This document shows, one piece after another, positions 27,902 through 38,080 of a DNA stretch of 64,000 bases. The notes beneath the pieces were generated by a model. It searched no databases and was not told the DNA's origin. It saw nothing but the letters and a program-made list of their open reading frames with translations. Made by a program: the position numbers and the translations under genes. The stretch spans positions 62,001-126,000 of the IMG/VR virus record IMGVR_UViG_3300029258_003221; one strand, 5' to 3'. How positions within the stretch are numbered: position 1 is the first letter of the stretch; each line of letters begins with the position of its first letter.

Positions 27902-28375
27902 TTACACGAAATTTAAGCGCCAGTTGAAGGTGAGCTGCATGTCTGCTGTTTTACTTAAATCCGGGAATGTTGTCATGCTGTACAAATCACCACTTGCCAT
28001 TTTAAGTCCCATCTCGTTGATGGCAACTCCTACAAGTTCATCAAAGGCAACCACTGAAGTTAGAATAACCTGTTCTGGCACAGAACTATCTATGTTTGCC
28101 ACCACAGGCTTTGAAAGTCTTGTAACGCCAAAAAGACCAGTTCGTCCCGCATCTACAAATTTTTTGACCCCACCTTGTGTACCACCATCACCAAATTCTA
28201 TTCTGGTAATGTAGAAGTCAAATCCATCTCCAAGGTCATTGGCTAATGTTTTTGCTAAGGCTTGGCGACCCTTTCTTAATACGGTATTAGGGAAATCGAT
28301 AAACTCAATTTCACCATTTTTGTGCTCAACAATGATTTCCACGTCACCTTTAGTTTCAATGCTTGTTTGTATCAT
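27902..28375 (-). CDS. baseplate / tail-collar fibre attachment protein
   Basis: GRQALAK..ITRIEFGDGG..INEMGL..FPDLSKT..LTFNW pattern. Confidence 0.65.
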   Translation of the reverse strand: MIQTSIETKGDVEIIVEHKNGEIEFIDFPNTVLRKGRQALAKTLANDLGDGFDFYITRIEFGDGGTQGGVKKFVDAGRTGLFGVTRLSKPVVANIDSSVPEQVILTSVVAFDELVGVAINEMGLKMASGDLYSMTTFPDLSKTADMQLTFNWRLNFV

Positions 28376-31300
28376 AAATCGCCCTCTTCTGTTTCTCCAT
28401 TGCTCCATTCAACTGAGTAGGAGATGTTTTCTTCTTGTGTAACATGTTCTAATACTTGGCTTCCACTCCCGCCAGACTGCAATATATTAATAGCTACAGT
28501 CCCAGCGGCAGAATCCAAAATTTGACGTTCAACAATGTCATGTCCATCTCTATCGATTTGATCGAATGCATCGAATTTGATTTCGTAAGAATTCTTTTCA
28601 AAATGAAGAACATCATATGTAACGGCTGTTCCACCATTATCTGTGGTTGTCCAATCTTGGTGTTGACCTTCCAGAATTACTTCATCTCCGCTGATGAAAG
28701 CAATCTTGTAATAATCATCATCAATCTTAAACAAGTAATTCTGATAAAAGTTACTGTCATCTGTGATCAAATCTTCATCAGAAGGAGCATTATTTCCATT
28801 CAAAATGCCTAAACCAGATTCATGATCTGCTGCTGTTGTAAGCGTCAAGCCTCGATATCCAAAATATCCAACTTTGTTTCTAACAAGTCTTTTCCTGATA
28901 GATATGTCTGCCCCTGCTGCATCCCCATCAGAATAGCCAATAATGTAAATATTATTGCCATCAAATTCCGAAATTTCATACTCTTCATCGTCGTATTCAA
29001 TGTAATCGCCAATGTTAGCAACTTCAGCAATATCCAGCAAAAAAGCATCATTTAGGTTAATCAATGCACGATCTGTGACATCGAGTTCACCTGTTGTACT
29101 TGTTGCCACCGTTTCAGCATCATCATTTAAAAGCGTGTATGTAATTCCAGAAGCGTCACTTGATGGCAAAGTTCCATCATCTACTAAGAAAACTATGCCA
29201 TTTGGGTCAATTGATTCGATGTCATAAGTTGATCCATAAGCAGGGATATTTACAGTCCAAGCAGATCCTGTATAATCAGGAGTGTTGTCAACATCCCAAA
29301 TAGACTTGGCATTAAGGCCAGCAAAATCAACATTAGCATCTGTTAATTGAAACAGATTGCTTTGTGTGATTGTGGAGCTTGTGCTGGTGTATGTTACATT
29401 AGATAAATGAAATGTAAATTGCGATTGATTAATTGGTTCACTGATTGCTGAAATAATTCGTGCTGTGTTTTTATCAAACAAGTCAATTAAGTATGTTCCC
29501 GCATGAACATGTGGAGACAAAACTTCAAATATGTGATAGCTTGGTATTATTCCTAAATTATCAAAATTAACATCTGGAGCTACTACAGAAATATGTTGAT
29601 TGTATCCTGTACCACTCAAGCCACTTAAAACAGTTGTTTGTTCTGCCAAATCATCTCTGGCAACTTTAAACGCATCTAAAAGCCCATCTGGGATCACTCT
29701 ATGGAAGATTGGATTGAAGTTACCAGACAAAACTTTTTCTGTCATTGAAATCAAAACAAGAGTTTCTATTGTTTCTACAGGTGGTTGAATATATTCTGAT
29801 ACTTCTCCTGAGAAATTAATGGAATGAACAACGGAATGAAAAGGAGTGTATTCATCCAAAATCTCCTGCGTCTCTACCATTCGCTCATTTGATAACTCTT
29901 TGACAGAAACATCTACGGTAATTTTACTGCTGATGCAACTGCCACAAGGATCTCTGAATGATTTGTCGATGTAACACGGATCTGTAGAATCACGTGTAGA
30001 TCCATTGTATTCTTCCATGTTGTAAATATTTTCACTGTATGGAAACTCGGTTCTAATTTGACCGAAAATCAATGGTTCTTGAAATGGATGTCTTACTGGT
30101 ATGACGACATCGAACATTACATCATCTTCTTCAATCAATCTCACATTCCAGTTTTTTGGAGGATAGGTTTGGTCAGCTTCATCCCTTTGATCTGCAAGAG
30201 GCAGAGTCAAAATGTAATCTTCGATATTTTGCTCAAGACTACTTGGGACTTCTTTGTATTTGTACCTTACTCTAACAATGTCCCCTACAGCAAGGGCCAC
30301 AGGGTTTGCTGAAAGGTCTTCTCCGATCCAAGTCATAAACCAAGTACAATCATCTTCTGAAAAAGACACGTAGTCTTTTGAAAATTCAACATACTCATCT
30401 GTTCCATCATACCGAACATAAAGAGAAAAGTTCTCTTCATCAATTGGAGTGATTACATCTTTTTCTAATTCAAAGACAACGCTATCAGTAACCTCAAATG
30501 ATTCTTCCCAAGTATACTGAGAAACTACCTGCCAGTATTGAGTCAGCTTATCCAGTGTCATGCCTGCTTGAGAGAAAGCTTCACGCAATCCAGTGATTGT
30601 GCCTTTTCTTTTAAAGACAGGGACAGCACGTTTAATTTGCCTTCTCCACAAAGTGGAATCTGTTGATTTCAATTTAAGTGCAAACAGGTTTGACAGATAT
30701 ACAAGCAAAGATTGATGCAGTACATTTGCATCGTACAAATCGATGATTTGATTTGCCAAATCTTCTATAAGCGTAAATCCTTCTGCGACAGAAGCATTGA
30801 ATTTCTCAAGTGTATCCGGGGTCAAATCTCCATCGCAGAGAATTTGCTTGTACATTTCAGGAAGATATCGTTCCAGCAAAGTTGTATATTTATCATCCAC
30901 TGTCTGGTGTTTAGGTAAAGTTGATACTGATTTAGGATCAGTCCCAACGCTGAAAGAAATGTGGGATGATAATGTTCCGCCAGCGATATTTGGCGTCCAT
31001 GTCCAGCAAAGAAAATAATCACCTTCTTTTGCATCTCCATCAGGCGTCCAATCATAATTGAAAACACCCGTCATTTCATTGCCATCTTCATCCTCTGCTT
31101 TTGAAATTAAGGCATTTTCTGTATCAGTCGAAAGCCATGCAGGGAAAAGCTCAGTACCAATTACCTTCTGAGGGTATCTATCTTTGAAATAGAACGTATT
31201 TGTCTTTTTAGATGATTCCAGTTGTTCTCTTAATCTGGTGGCATTAAGGATGTTCTCATCAGTGGGACTTTGACAAACTAAAGCATCTGCTGCAATGCTG

Positions 31301-31503
31301 GAAGCCAATAATTCATCATCATAAGTTGTTTTATCGTAACTTCCATAATTAAGCTTCTGATAATCTCTTTCAACGAAGTAGATTACCAAGCTGTCAACTT
31401 TGTATGGATCGGCAACAAAACAACCGCTTGCATTCGGTGTTTCAATTTCAAATCGAATAGTGTCCGTAATTTTCGGACTTTCATTTATTGTTTTTAATGC
31501 CAT
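28372..31503 (-). CDS. baseplate wedge protein (T4 gp7 / P2 gpI-like)
   Basis: LLVYLSNLF...RRQIKRAVPVFKRKGTITGL; follows the gp6-like gene. Confidence 0.8.
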   Translation of the reverse strand: MALKTINESPKITDTIRFEIETPNASGCFVADPYKVDSLVIYFVERDYQKLNYGSYDKTTYDDELLASSIAADALVCQSPTDENILNATRLREQLESSKKTNTFYFKDRYPQKVIGTELFPAWLSTDTENALISKAEDEDGNEMTGVFNYDWTPDGDAKEGDYFLCWTWTPNIAGGTLSSHISFSVGTDPKSVSTLPKHQTVDDKYTTLLERYLPEMYKQILCDGDLTPDTLEKFNASVAEGFTLIEDLANQIIDLYDANVLHQSLLVYLSNLFALKLKSTDSTLWRRQIKRAVPVFKRKGTITGLREAFSQAGMTLDKLTQYWQVVSQYTWEESFEVTDSVVFELEKDVITPIDEENFSLYVRYDGTDEYVEFSKDYVSFSEDDCTWFMTWIGEDLSANPVALAVGDIVRVRYKYKEVPSSLEQNIEDYILTLPLADQRDEADQTYPPKNWNVRLIEEDDVMFDVVIPVRHPFQEPLIFGQIRTEFPYSENIYNMEEYNGSTRDSTDPCYIDKSFRDPCGSCISSKITVDVSVKELSNERMVETQEILDEYTPFHSVVHSINFSGEVSEYIQPPVETIETLVLISMTEKVLSGNFNPIFHRVIPDGLLDAFKVARDDLAEQTTVLSGLSGTGYNQHISVVAPDVNFDNLGIIPSYHIFEVLSPHVHAGTYLIDLFDKNTARIISAISEPINQSQFTFHLSNVTYTSTSSTITQSNLFQLTDANVDFAGLNAKSIWDVDNTPDYTGSAWTVNIPAYGSTYDIESIDPNGIVFLVDDGTLPSSDASGITYTLLNDDAETVATSTTGELDVTDRALINLNDAFLLDIAEVANIGDYIEYDDEEYEISEFDGNNIYIIGYSDGDAAGADISIRKRLVRNKVGYFGYRGLTLTTAADHESGLGILNGNNAPSDEDLITDDSNFYQNYLFKIDDDYYKIAFISGDEVILEGQHQDWTTTDNGGTAVTYDVLHFEKNSYEIKFDAFDQIDRDGHDIVERQILDSAAGTVAINILQSGGSGSQVLEHVTQEENISYSVEWSNGETEEGDL

Positions 31504-33059
31504 TATTCAAATATGAAGTTGATTGTAGTATTAGAAGGTCTAATGATTTCATAAAACTTAGCGACAACAAGTTCGCCAGAGTTATCTGCATCATCTGTTT
31601 CAAAGTCCACAGTCACACTTTTTATTTCCCTGATATCTGCCAGTGATGTAATTAAATCAACACTTTTTAAGTCTTTATTGTATTCCCAGTTATTGAGATT
31701 GTAGAATGAGTTCACTCTTCTTTGAATTCTTTCATCAAATTCATCCTTGAACTTTTTGTAAAACTTATCCATAATCACATCGATAGACGTGTCTACTTCA
31801 ATGACCACTCCATCTTTAATGCAAAGATAATCTGTGATCATTTTCTTAGTATCAAACATTTCCTGAAGAGCTACTTTCAATTGATCATTGGCTTCTATGA
31901 GATTGGTTTCGCCATCTCTGGCCAAAACATACAAATCGACAATGTTTGCTGCACATCCATAGTTTCTGAGAATCGCTGTCGATTTTCCAATTTGACCATT
32001 GAATTCAGTTGCAAACTGATCAGCAAGGGTTTTGTAATCTTCTCCAGCTACAGCTCTATCTTGTGTTCTTAAATACTGAGGTAATTTTCTTCTGATGTCA
32101 TCTATTGTATCGCCAGCATATCCAAATTCGCCTTTAGTGTAGTTGATAAAAGACACTGGGATTCGAAAATCAAATCCGGGCACCAAAAAGGTTCTTTGAA
32201 TTTCAACTGATCCTGTAACGATATTGCCTGCTGTTCCGCCGCCAGTTCGATAAGTAATTCTAATTTCTGCTCCATCGTATGGAATTAGCCCTGCCTTTGA
32301 TCCACCAAATAATACAAAACCATTGTAATCAGGATCAAAATCCACTCTAAATTCTCTGCGTTTTTCAGAGTCAGTGAAGTAATCTACTTTTTCCCATTCA
32401 ATTCCGTCAATGAAAACACGAACAGAGTTCCAAATTACCGGCCCATATGTCAATGGAACAATTTGACTTACTGCTCCACTTCCTTGTGTTGTTTGATCTC
32501 TGCTTCTTCCTTCAAGTCCGACAACGCTTGTGTTTACGAAGTTGCCAGCAGAAATTTCTATGTTGTCATCAAAAATAGGATTGTTGTCTGAATCGGCAGG
32601 ATACAACTCTATTGTTCTTGGCCCATCGTCTGTGGATATGTCAATTGTGACAGGCGTGGGAATAACCATGTCTGTTTCAAGCACATTGTTAATTGTAACC
32701 GACCATAAAGAACGTGCGGCAATTGGAGGTTGTGGAGTAAATCCTACCAACAAGCACAAGCGAAATGCATTATCTACTTCAGAAACTGTATCAATGAATA
32801 TTTCGTTAGCAATTTGGTCAATTTTGAATGACAATGTGTCAGCTATGAATGCCCAGTTTTCAATGAGCATAACAGCTAAATCAGATTCGACAAAGTCATT
32901 AAAGCTATCTGCAAAGTTTGTCTTAATGTAACCAACCAGTCTGCTTTTCATAGACCAAAAATCTTGGTTGGTATAATTAGTGTTAATCAAATTTGGCGTT
33001 CTAACTAAATTTGATTCATCAAAGGGGGTTACATCAAATGGACAATTTTCCAACGGCAT
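31503..33059 (-). CDS. baseplate wedge protein (T4 gp6 / baseplate J-like)
   Basis: YTNQDF, FNDFVESD, YRTGGGTAGN, QDRAVAGEDY. Confidence 0.9.
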   Translation of the reverse strand: MPLENCPFDVTPFDESNLVRTPNLINTNYTNQDFWSMKSRLVGYIKTNFADSFNDFVESDLAVMLIENWAFIADTLSFKIDQIANEIFIDTVSEVDNAFRLCLLVGFTPQPPIAARSLWSVTINNVLETDMVIPTPVTIDISTDDGPRTIELYPADSDNNPIFDDNIEISAGNFVNTSVVGLEGRSRDQTTQGSGAVSQIVPLTYGPVIWNSVRVFIDGIEWEKVDYFTDSEKRREFRVDFDPDYNGFVLFGGSKAGLIPYDGAEIRITYRTGGGTAGNIVTGSVEIQRTFLVPGFDFRIPVSFINYTKGEFGYAGDTIDDIRRKLPQYLRTQDRAVAGEDYKTLADQFATEFNGQIGKSTAILRNYGCAANIVDLYVLARDGETNLIEANDQLKVALQEMFDTKKMITDYLCIKDGVVIEVDTSIDVIMDKFYKKFKDEFDERIQRRVNSFYNLNNWEYNKDLKSVDLITSLADIREIKSVTVDFETDDADNSGELVVAKFYEIIRPSNTTINFIFE

Positions 33060-33487
33060 TATACTGCTCCCAACGGCACTTCTAGTACTAGAGAATCTAT
33101 TTTGGTAATATCTTCTGGATCGACGATATCAATTTTGATGCCAAGAATAGCATCTAACTCATCTTGTGTATCATCTTTATTTAGATCATTTTTATTAAAG
33201 TTAGAAGTTACTTGAATTGCATCAACTACAACCCTTGGTTCCCATCTTTCGATAGATTCCACAATCATACCTCGTGCTTGCTGCTCAAGTGTAAAATCAT
33301 TAGGCTCAAAGATTAATCTCCTTAAAGGAGTGCCAAATTCCGGCAACATAACTCTTTCTCCGGGATTTGTTAGAAGTAATTGCAATAAATCAGCTTTGAT
33401 TTGATCAACACCGCTCTTTTGAGCCATGATTCCTCTTGGTGTTTTGACCAAGGGGTATTGCAAGCCTATGAATTTTTTATCTGCCAT
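33059..33487 (-). CDS. baseplate protein gp25 / GPW family
   Basis: LLLTNPGERVMLPEFG..LIFEP..IERWEPRV. Confidence 0.93.
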   Translation of the reverse strand: MADKKFIGLQYPLVKTPRGIMAQKSGVDQIKADLLQLLLTNPGERVMLPEFGTPLRRLIFEPNDFTLEQQARGMIVESIERWEPRVVVDAIQVTSNFNKNDLNKDDTQDELDAILGIKIDIVDPEDITKIDSLVLEVPLGAV

Positions 33488-33498
33488 TTAAATTACCT

Positions 33499-35697
33499 CT
33501 ATGACCCTGTTGCTGTTACAACACCGGCACCGGTGTCAATTTCTGTTTCTCCAAATTCATTGTCACATGGTGGACCTTCAGCACCCGCCATTGCTGACTC
33601 GTATTCACTGCAATCTCCCCCACTACAATCTGGTGGATCTTGACAAGGGTGATGACCTGAAGCAAAAACTCTTTCGCTAATAGCTTTTTCTGTCCAGTGT
33701 GTAATTCCTGTCAAAGGACAAATAACTGGACATCGAGCAATAATGACCGGATAAAGACAAGGGCCTTTGCAACGTTTGCCCTCTTGAGGTGGGCAGTCTC
33801 GACCAGCCATAAGCAAAATTTGTTTCTCTGCGAAGAATATATGTAGTTCTCCAGAATAACGAAAATGCACATCTTCTGTAGCTGTAATGAACATTTTTGA
33901 CACATACGTGAATTTGTCTGATGGGTTTTTCTCTTTGTCTCCAACTAAAACAATATCCATGTCATATGTGCTTCTGATAGAATGCCCACCAGCTCTTAAG
34001 AAAATTACACCCGGCTCTCCTTGTGGACGACCCTGAAATCTCATGAAGTGAGGCCCACGTTCAATATTTGCTTTTGGATCAGCTCCGCTTCTTGCTTGTT
34101 GTGGATGTAATATCTGAATGTACTGACGTTCTGTTTGTTCCTGAGAGTTATCATCATTCCAACGAGTCTCAAGACCATAACCGGAAATCAATTGAACATA
34201 AGCTTGAGTCGCTTTAGCGACTGGTGTTCCACCTTCTTTTCTTGGTGGGCTACACTGTTCATTTAATTCATCAACCATATGAATTTCGTGTTTGCTTGTG
34301 CTCTCAAGATGAATTCCTCTTCTTGGTCCGGCATAGCAACTGTCAGAAGATTCCCCAGCAGGCAAAACTGTTTCATCATTCATTTCAATTTTGTTGCCGG
34401 TTGCAGTCAAAAGTTCAATTTTGTTTTGAACGCCTCGAAGCTCTGTTTCTTCTTCAATGTCATTCATCTCGAACTTATGACCAGTAGCGGTCTTCATTTC
34501 AATTTTGCCCAAGAACTTATCATTACATCCGAAATCAAAAGACTCTAATGAACGTTCCCAAATTGGAGTTTTTCTGGGCTCTTCAACTGAATCATCCATC
34601 AGGAAGCTTTGACCGCTAATTGAAATAAACTGAATGCCTGTTTGTGGTAAATCCAATTTGTTGTTTTGTGGCGTACCCGGACCTTTCACAGGTCTACATT
34701 CGTTTTGGTGTTTAAAGAATGGGTTTGCTCCTGATTGTGACCCTTCGTATTTTGTTCCTTTAGGTGTTCTTGGGTGACCACCCAAAATTCTTTCACAACT
34801 TTCTCCAGACTGCTGTGCACAATTGGGCTTACAAAGCTGTTCTCCTTCAATTGGATTTCCATGAACATCGGTCAGATAAGGGAATTGCCCACTGTGTTCT
34901 GAACATTGATTTACATCTCCACCAACACCACAATTTGGATGAGCCCATTGACCACCGTAATGCATGTGGTCATCTTTGAAAATCATGTAGTTTCCACGAC
35001 TTGATTGAATTTCCAATCGTTTCCAGCGACGATTACATTTCGCATTGCCATCAACCATTTTCAACATATGTTTTTCTGGCGTTTTGAAACCATAGATGTT
35101 TGGATACGTTGTTCTTTTTTGTTCATTTGGGTCCAGAATAAATTCTGTAGTTGTATCGATGTCTCTACCATTATAACTCTCAGTATTCCATGGAGGATAA
35201 ACTTGAGATTCGTCATTTGGGCCTACGGCATAACCTTTTCTGTGCCCTTGATAAACAGCTTCATATTCTCTGTTAGGAAACTGATTTAAGAGATCCCTAC
35301 CACCCGGACCTCTGTCTCTGTGCCAAGTGGTGCCCAGATAATAAGGGGCATCTCTGTTGCCGTTGTCAAATATAATGCACAAAGTGCTTCCGGCAGGTGG
35401 CACCCAGTTTAAACCACTGTCATCAAAACCACCCATGGGATTGATTGGTGTAGCAAAAGGCAAAGAGAGAAAATTAGTTTCTGGATCATGTAATTTGGGA
35501 TGATAGAACCTAACTCTGTTTTCTTTCCAAGGATCAATTGTTTCAATACAAAGAGCACGAGTCATTCCATCCAGACTTACAGTTTGAGTCTTTGATGGAA
35601 AAGCCCTTCGTTTTGTTTCTTGCAAAGTGGTCCCAAGATGAGTAACCATCATCTCAAGTTCTTCTATTCTTTTTTGTAACTGTTCAAGTACATTCAT
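33499..35697 (-). CDS. baseplate central spike (gp5/VgrG-like, OB-fold)
   Basis: DPWKENRVRF..WVPPAGS..FDNGNRDAPYYLG; TATGHKFEMND-type beta repeats; Cys-rich. Confidence 0.85.
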   Translation of the reverse strand: MNVLEQLQKRIEELEMMVTHLGTTLQETKRRAFPSKTQTVSLDGMTRALCIETIDPWKENRVRFYHPKLHDPETNFLSLPFATPINPMGGFDDSGLNWVPPAGSTLCIIFDNGNRDAPYYLGTTWHRDRGPGGRDLLNQFPNREYEAVYQGHRKGYAVGPNDESQVYPPWNTESYNGRDIDTTTEFILDPNEQKRTTYPNIYGFKTPEKHMLKMVDGNAKCNRRWKRLEIQSSRGNYMIFKDDHMHYGGQWAHPNCGVGGDVNQCSEHSGQFPYLTDVHGNPIEGEQLCKPNCAQQSGESCERILGGHPRTPKGTKYEGSQSGANPFFKHQNECRPVKGPGTPQNNKLDLPQTGIQFISISGQSFLMDDSVEEPRKTPIWERSLESFDFGCNDKFLGKIEMKTATGHKFEMNDIEEETELRGVQNKIELLTATGNKIEMNDETVLPAGESSDSCYAGPRRGIHLESTSKHEIHMVDELNEQCSPPRKEGGTPVAKATQAYVQLISGYGLETRWNDDNSQEQTERQYIQILHPQQARSGADPKANIERGPHFMRFQGRPQGEPGVIFLRAGGHSIRSTYDMDIVLVGDKEKNPSDKFTYVSKMFITATEDVHFRYSGELHIFFAEKQILLMAGRDCPPQEGKRCKGPCLYPVIIARCPVICPLTGITHWTEKAISERVFASGHHPCQDPPDCSGGDCSEYESAMAGAEGPPCDNEFGETEIDTGAGVVTATGS

Positions 35698-35707
35698 GTT
35701 CTATTCC

Positions 35708-37216
35708 TCACGGACAAGGTGGGGGCTGCCATGCACAAGGGTCTCCACCAAGTGTATTATCGATATCCAAATCTGTTCCCGGCATTGGTAGAAACAGGGA
35801 AAATGTTGTTGTGTAATTCCCATCTTCAATCTTGTGGGTAACCGCTTCTATCTCCCATGATCTATTAGTTAAAATTTCATTTCTTACATCTGGTTTCACT
35901 GTCCAATCACCACATTCGCCTCCATCTGATGGCAATAAGTGGAATGGATTTATGAAAACTATGCTTATGGTTTTATTATAGACTGAATTTTTTGGTCTTA
36001 CATCCGGCTTTCCTATCACCACTAAATCTGCCTTGATAGGTTCAAAATTTAATTTCATAGCACGTAATTGTTCTGCTTGTGCCTCTGATGCTCTCTTTTC
36101 AGCTTCATCAGGATGTCTATCATTCAAATTTCTATCAGCAGCAGCAGACATTTCAGAACCTGCTTGTTTGTAAGGCTTATTTTCTCTTTTAAATGTTTTT
36201 GACCTTTTAACTCCGGGGTTTTTACCCTGAGTATCCTTAAGACCACCATCTATAGTTCTTCCCCCTTGTTGACCACCAGCAATTCCCAAAGAGAGAAAGT
36301 TTGATTTGATAGATGGGTTAAATTGTATTACAGCACTTTCTTTGCCGCCATTAACAATATACGTTCCTATACATCTTGTGTTTACGTTTTCCTGTTTATC
36401 TGAAGGGTGAGGTTTTGGGTCTTCCCAAAAGATGATTTCACCGCCTTCTATTCCACATGAATTATGTTGAGGAATCCATCCGTGTCCATTTTCTGTTGGG
36501 AATTTAACGAGCCAATCTTTAGCTGTGTTAAGTTTATCACGCAGATTCCCTTCCCAAACACCTCTAGGGCCTTTGAATTTATCTCCGTCATGATCCTCGA
36601 AACCAACAGGGCTAATTGTTTCTCCGTTGCTTTTTAAAAAGCTAACTGTTGACACATTAGGTGGGTATCTTGGATCAGTTAACAGTGTTCTAATTGCATC
36701 TGTGAGAAACATGCTGTTATTTCCATCTTCACCTTTAATTTCTTCAACTTGACCAGAGTTGGATATCATTGTGTGTCCAGTGTCCAAAGCTGTTATGGTA
36801 TACATGAATTTACCGCCATCAAAGTTAGTTTCAACTTCAATGGGCGTCATGTAATATGTGCAACTTTCCAAAGGAATGCCGCCTGATTGACAAACTGAAT
36901 TAACCCAGCCGAATTCAACAGACATAGAAGCTTGAGCCGCAGCACAAGCCAAGTCTTTCAACAAATTCTCCATGAAGATGGTGAAGTTACTCCCTTTTTG
37001 ATCGTGAATGGCAATTCTACATTCATGACCATCAGAAAAACCAAATTCAAAAGACTTGATGACGGCTGTATTATCGGGTGGAGAAGATTGATTTCCAACT
37101 GTAATTGTTTTACCACCAGACAACAGTTCAATTCTAACCCATGGAGAAAGAACTTCTCCATCAGGTGGTTTGATAACAGCACATTTTCCTACATCTTCAC
37201 AACCTACAAGTGGCAT
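35708..37216 (-). CDS. baseplate hub (gp27 / late control D-like)
   Basis: Lies between the gp53-like and gp5-like genes; ADLVVIGKP..WEIEAVTHKIEDGNYTT. Confidence 0.7.
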   Translation of the reverse strand: MPLVGCEDVGKCAVIKPPDGEVLSPWVRIELLSGGKTITVGNQSSPPDNTAVIKSFEFGFSDGHECRIAIHDQKGSNFTIFMENLLKDLACAAAQASMSVEFGWVNSVCQSGGIPLESCTYYMTPIEVETNFDGGKFMYTITALDTGHTMISNSGQVEEIKGEDGNNSMFLTDAIRTLLTDPRYPPNVSTVSFLKSNGETISPVGFEDHDGDKFKGPRGVWEGNLRDKLNTAKDWLVKFPTENGHGWIPQHNSCGIEGGEIIFWEDPKPHPSDKQENVNTRCIGTYIVNGGKESAVIQFNPSIKSNFLSLGIAGGQQGGRTIDGGLKDTQGKNPGVKRSKTFKRENKPYKQAGSEMSAAADRNLNDRHPDEAEKRASEAQAEQLRAMKLNFEPIKADLVVIGKPDVRPKNSVYNKTISIVFINPFHLLPSDGGECGDWTVKPDVRNEILTNRSWEIEAVTHKIEDGNYTTTFSLFLPMPGTDLDIDNTLGGDPCAWQPPPCP

Positions 37217-37539
37217 TAGATGAACTCCTCTGGCAGAATGATTGTACGACCTGTTTCAAAGTCCATAATATCAAACATGCCATTGACTTCTAATATTTTC
37301 CACCAAAGATCAGGAGAGCCATAAACATCGTATGAAACTAAATCAGGACGATATTCTACACCTTTGGTGATTACCATGGATTTTTCATCACCTGATACAA
37401 CATAAGGTGCTCTAAGATAAGTGTCGAACGTCAGTATTCTTTGCTCGCCATAATATATTGGAGTTTGCTTTCTGTATCGACTTAAGCCAGAAATGATTCT
37501 ATCTCTGGCAACAGAAGCTTCTTCTATAGGAACAGCCAA
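37216..37539 (-). CDS. baseplate wedge gp53-like (LysM-like) protein
   Basis: YRPDLVSYDVYGSPDLWWKILEVNG. Confidence 0.88.
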   Translation of the reverse strand: MAVPIEEASVARDRIISGLSRYRKQTPIYYGEQRILTFDTYLRAPYVVSGDEKSMVITKGVEYRPDLVSYDVYGSPDLWWKILEVNGMFDIMDFETGRTIILPEEFI

Positions 37540-37540
37540 G

Positions 37541-38080
37541 TTACCTCCCTGATTTTATTATTTGATCTTGATTAGGCAGCCTGTCACTTGTGTAAACAAC
37601 AAGCCAATTTGTATCTACATCAAATCTGTAGGGACAATATGTTTCTTCGTCCCAAGCAACATCGGTGGGAAACTTAACTGAGTATTGTTGTAACACCATA
37701 CACAAAGGGCCATCTGCCAAAAGCTGCCTGCATTCAAATTTACAAATAACAGGTGGTTTGAAAGGAGCACCACCTTCTTCACCTTCTCTTGGATAAACGG
37801 CACTTTGTATTTTTCTAAGATCGTTTAAGTTTTCTGTTGCATCTTCTTTCTTTGTTACAAAGAAGTGAAATTGAATATTGATACTTCTATCATTAGAGTA
37901 ATGATAAGTGTATAAAGGAAAAGAACGACCCATAATTGCTTCATTGTTATAAACAGCCGATTTAGAGTCGCTTATTTCAGGTAAGTTGTTTAAAGTAATG
38001 GTTCCTGCATTGGGAATGATCAATTCACAATTTTCAATAGGATTTAAATCACCAGTTCTGGGATTAGTTGAAAGTGTCAT
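37541..38080 (-). CDS. tail tube initiator (gp48/gp54-like)
   Basis: ISDSKSAVY..IMGRSFP..RSINIQF..YPR..PPVI; follows the tape measure gene. Confidence 0.75.
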   Translation of the reverse strand: MTLSTNPRTGDLNPIENCELIIPNAGTITLNNLPEISDSKSAVYNNEAIMGRSFPLYTYHYSNDRSINIQFHFFVTKKEDATENLNDLRKIQSAVYPREGEEGGAPFKPPVICKFECRQLLADGPLCMVLQQYSVKFPTDVAWDEETYCPYRFDVDTNWLVVYTSDRLPNQDQIIKSGR

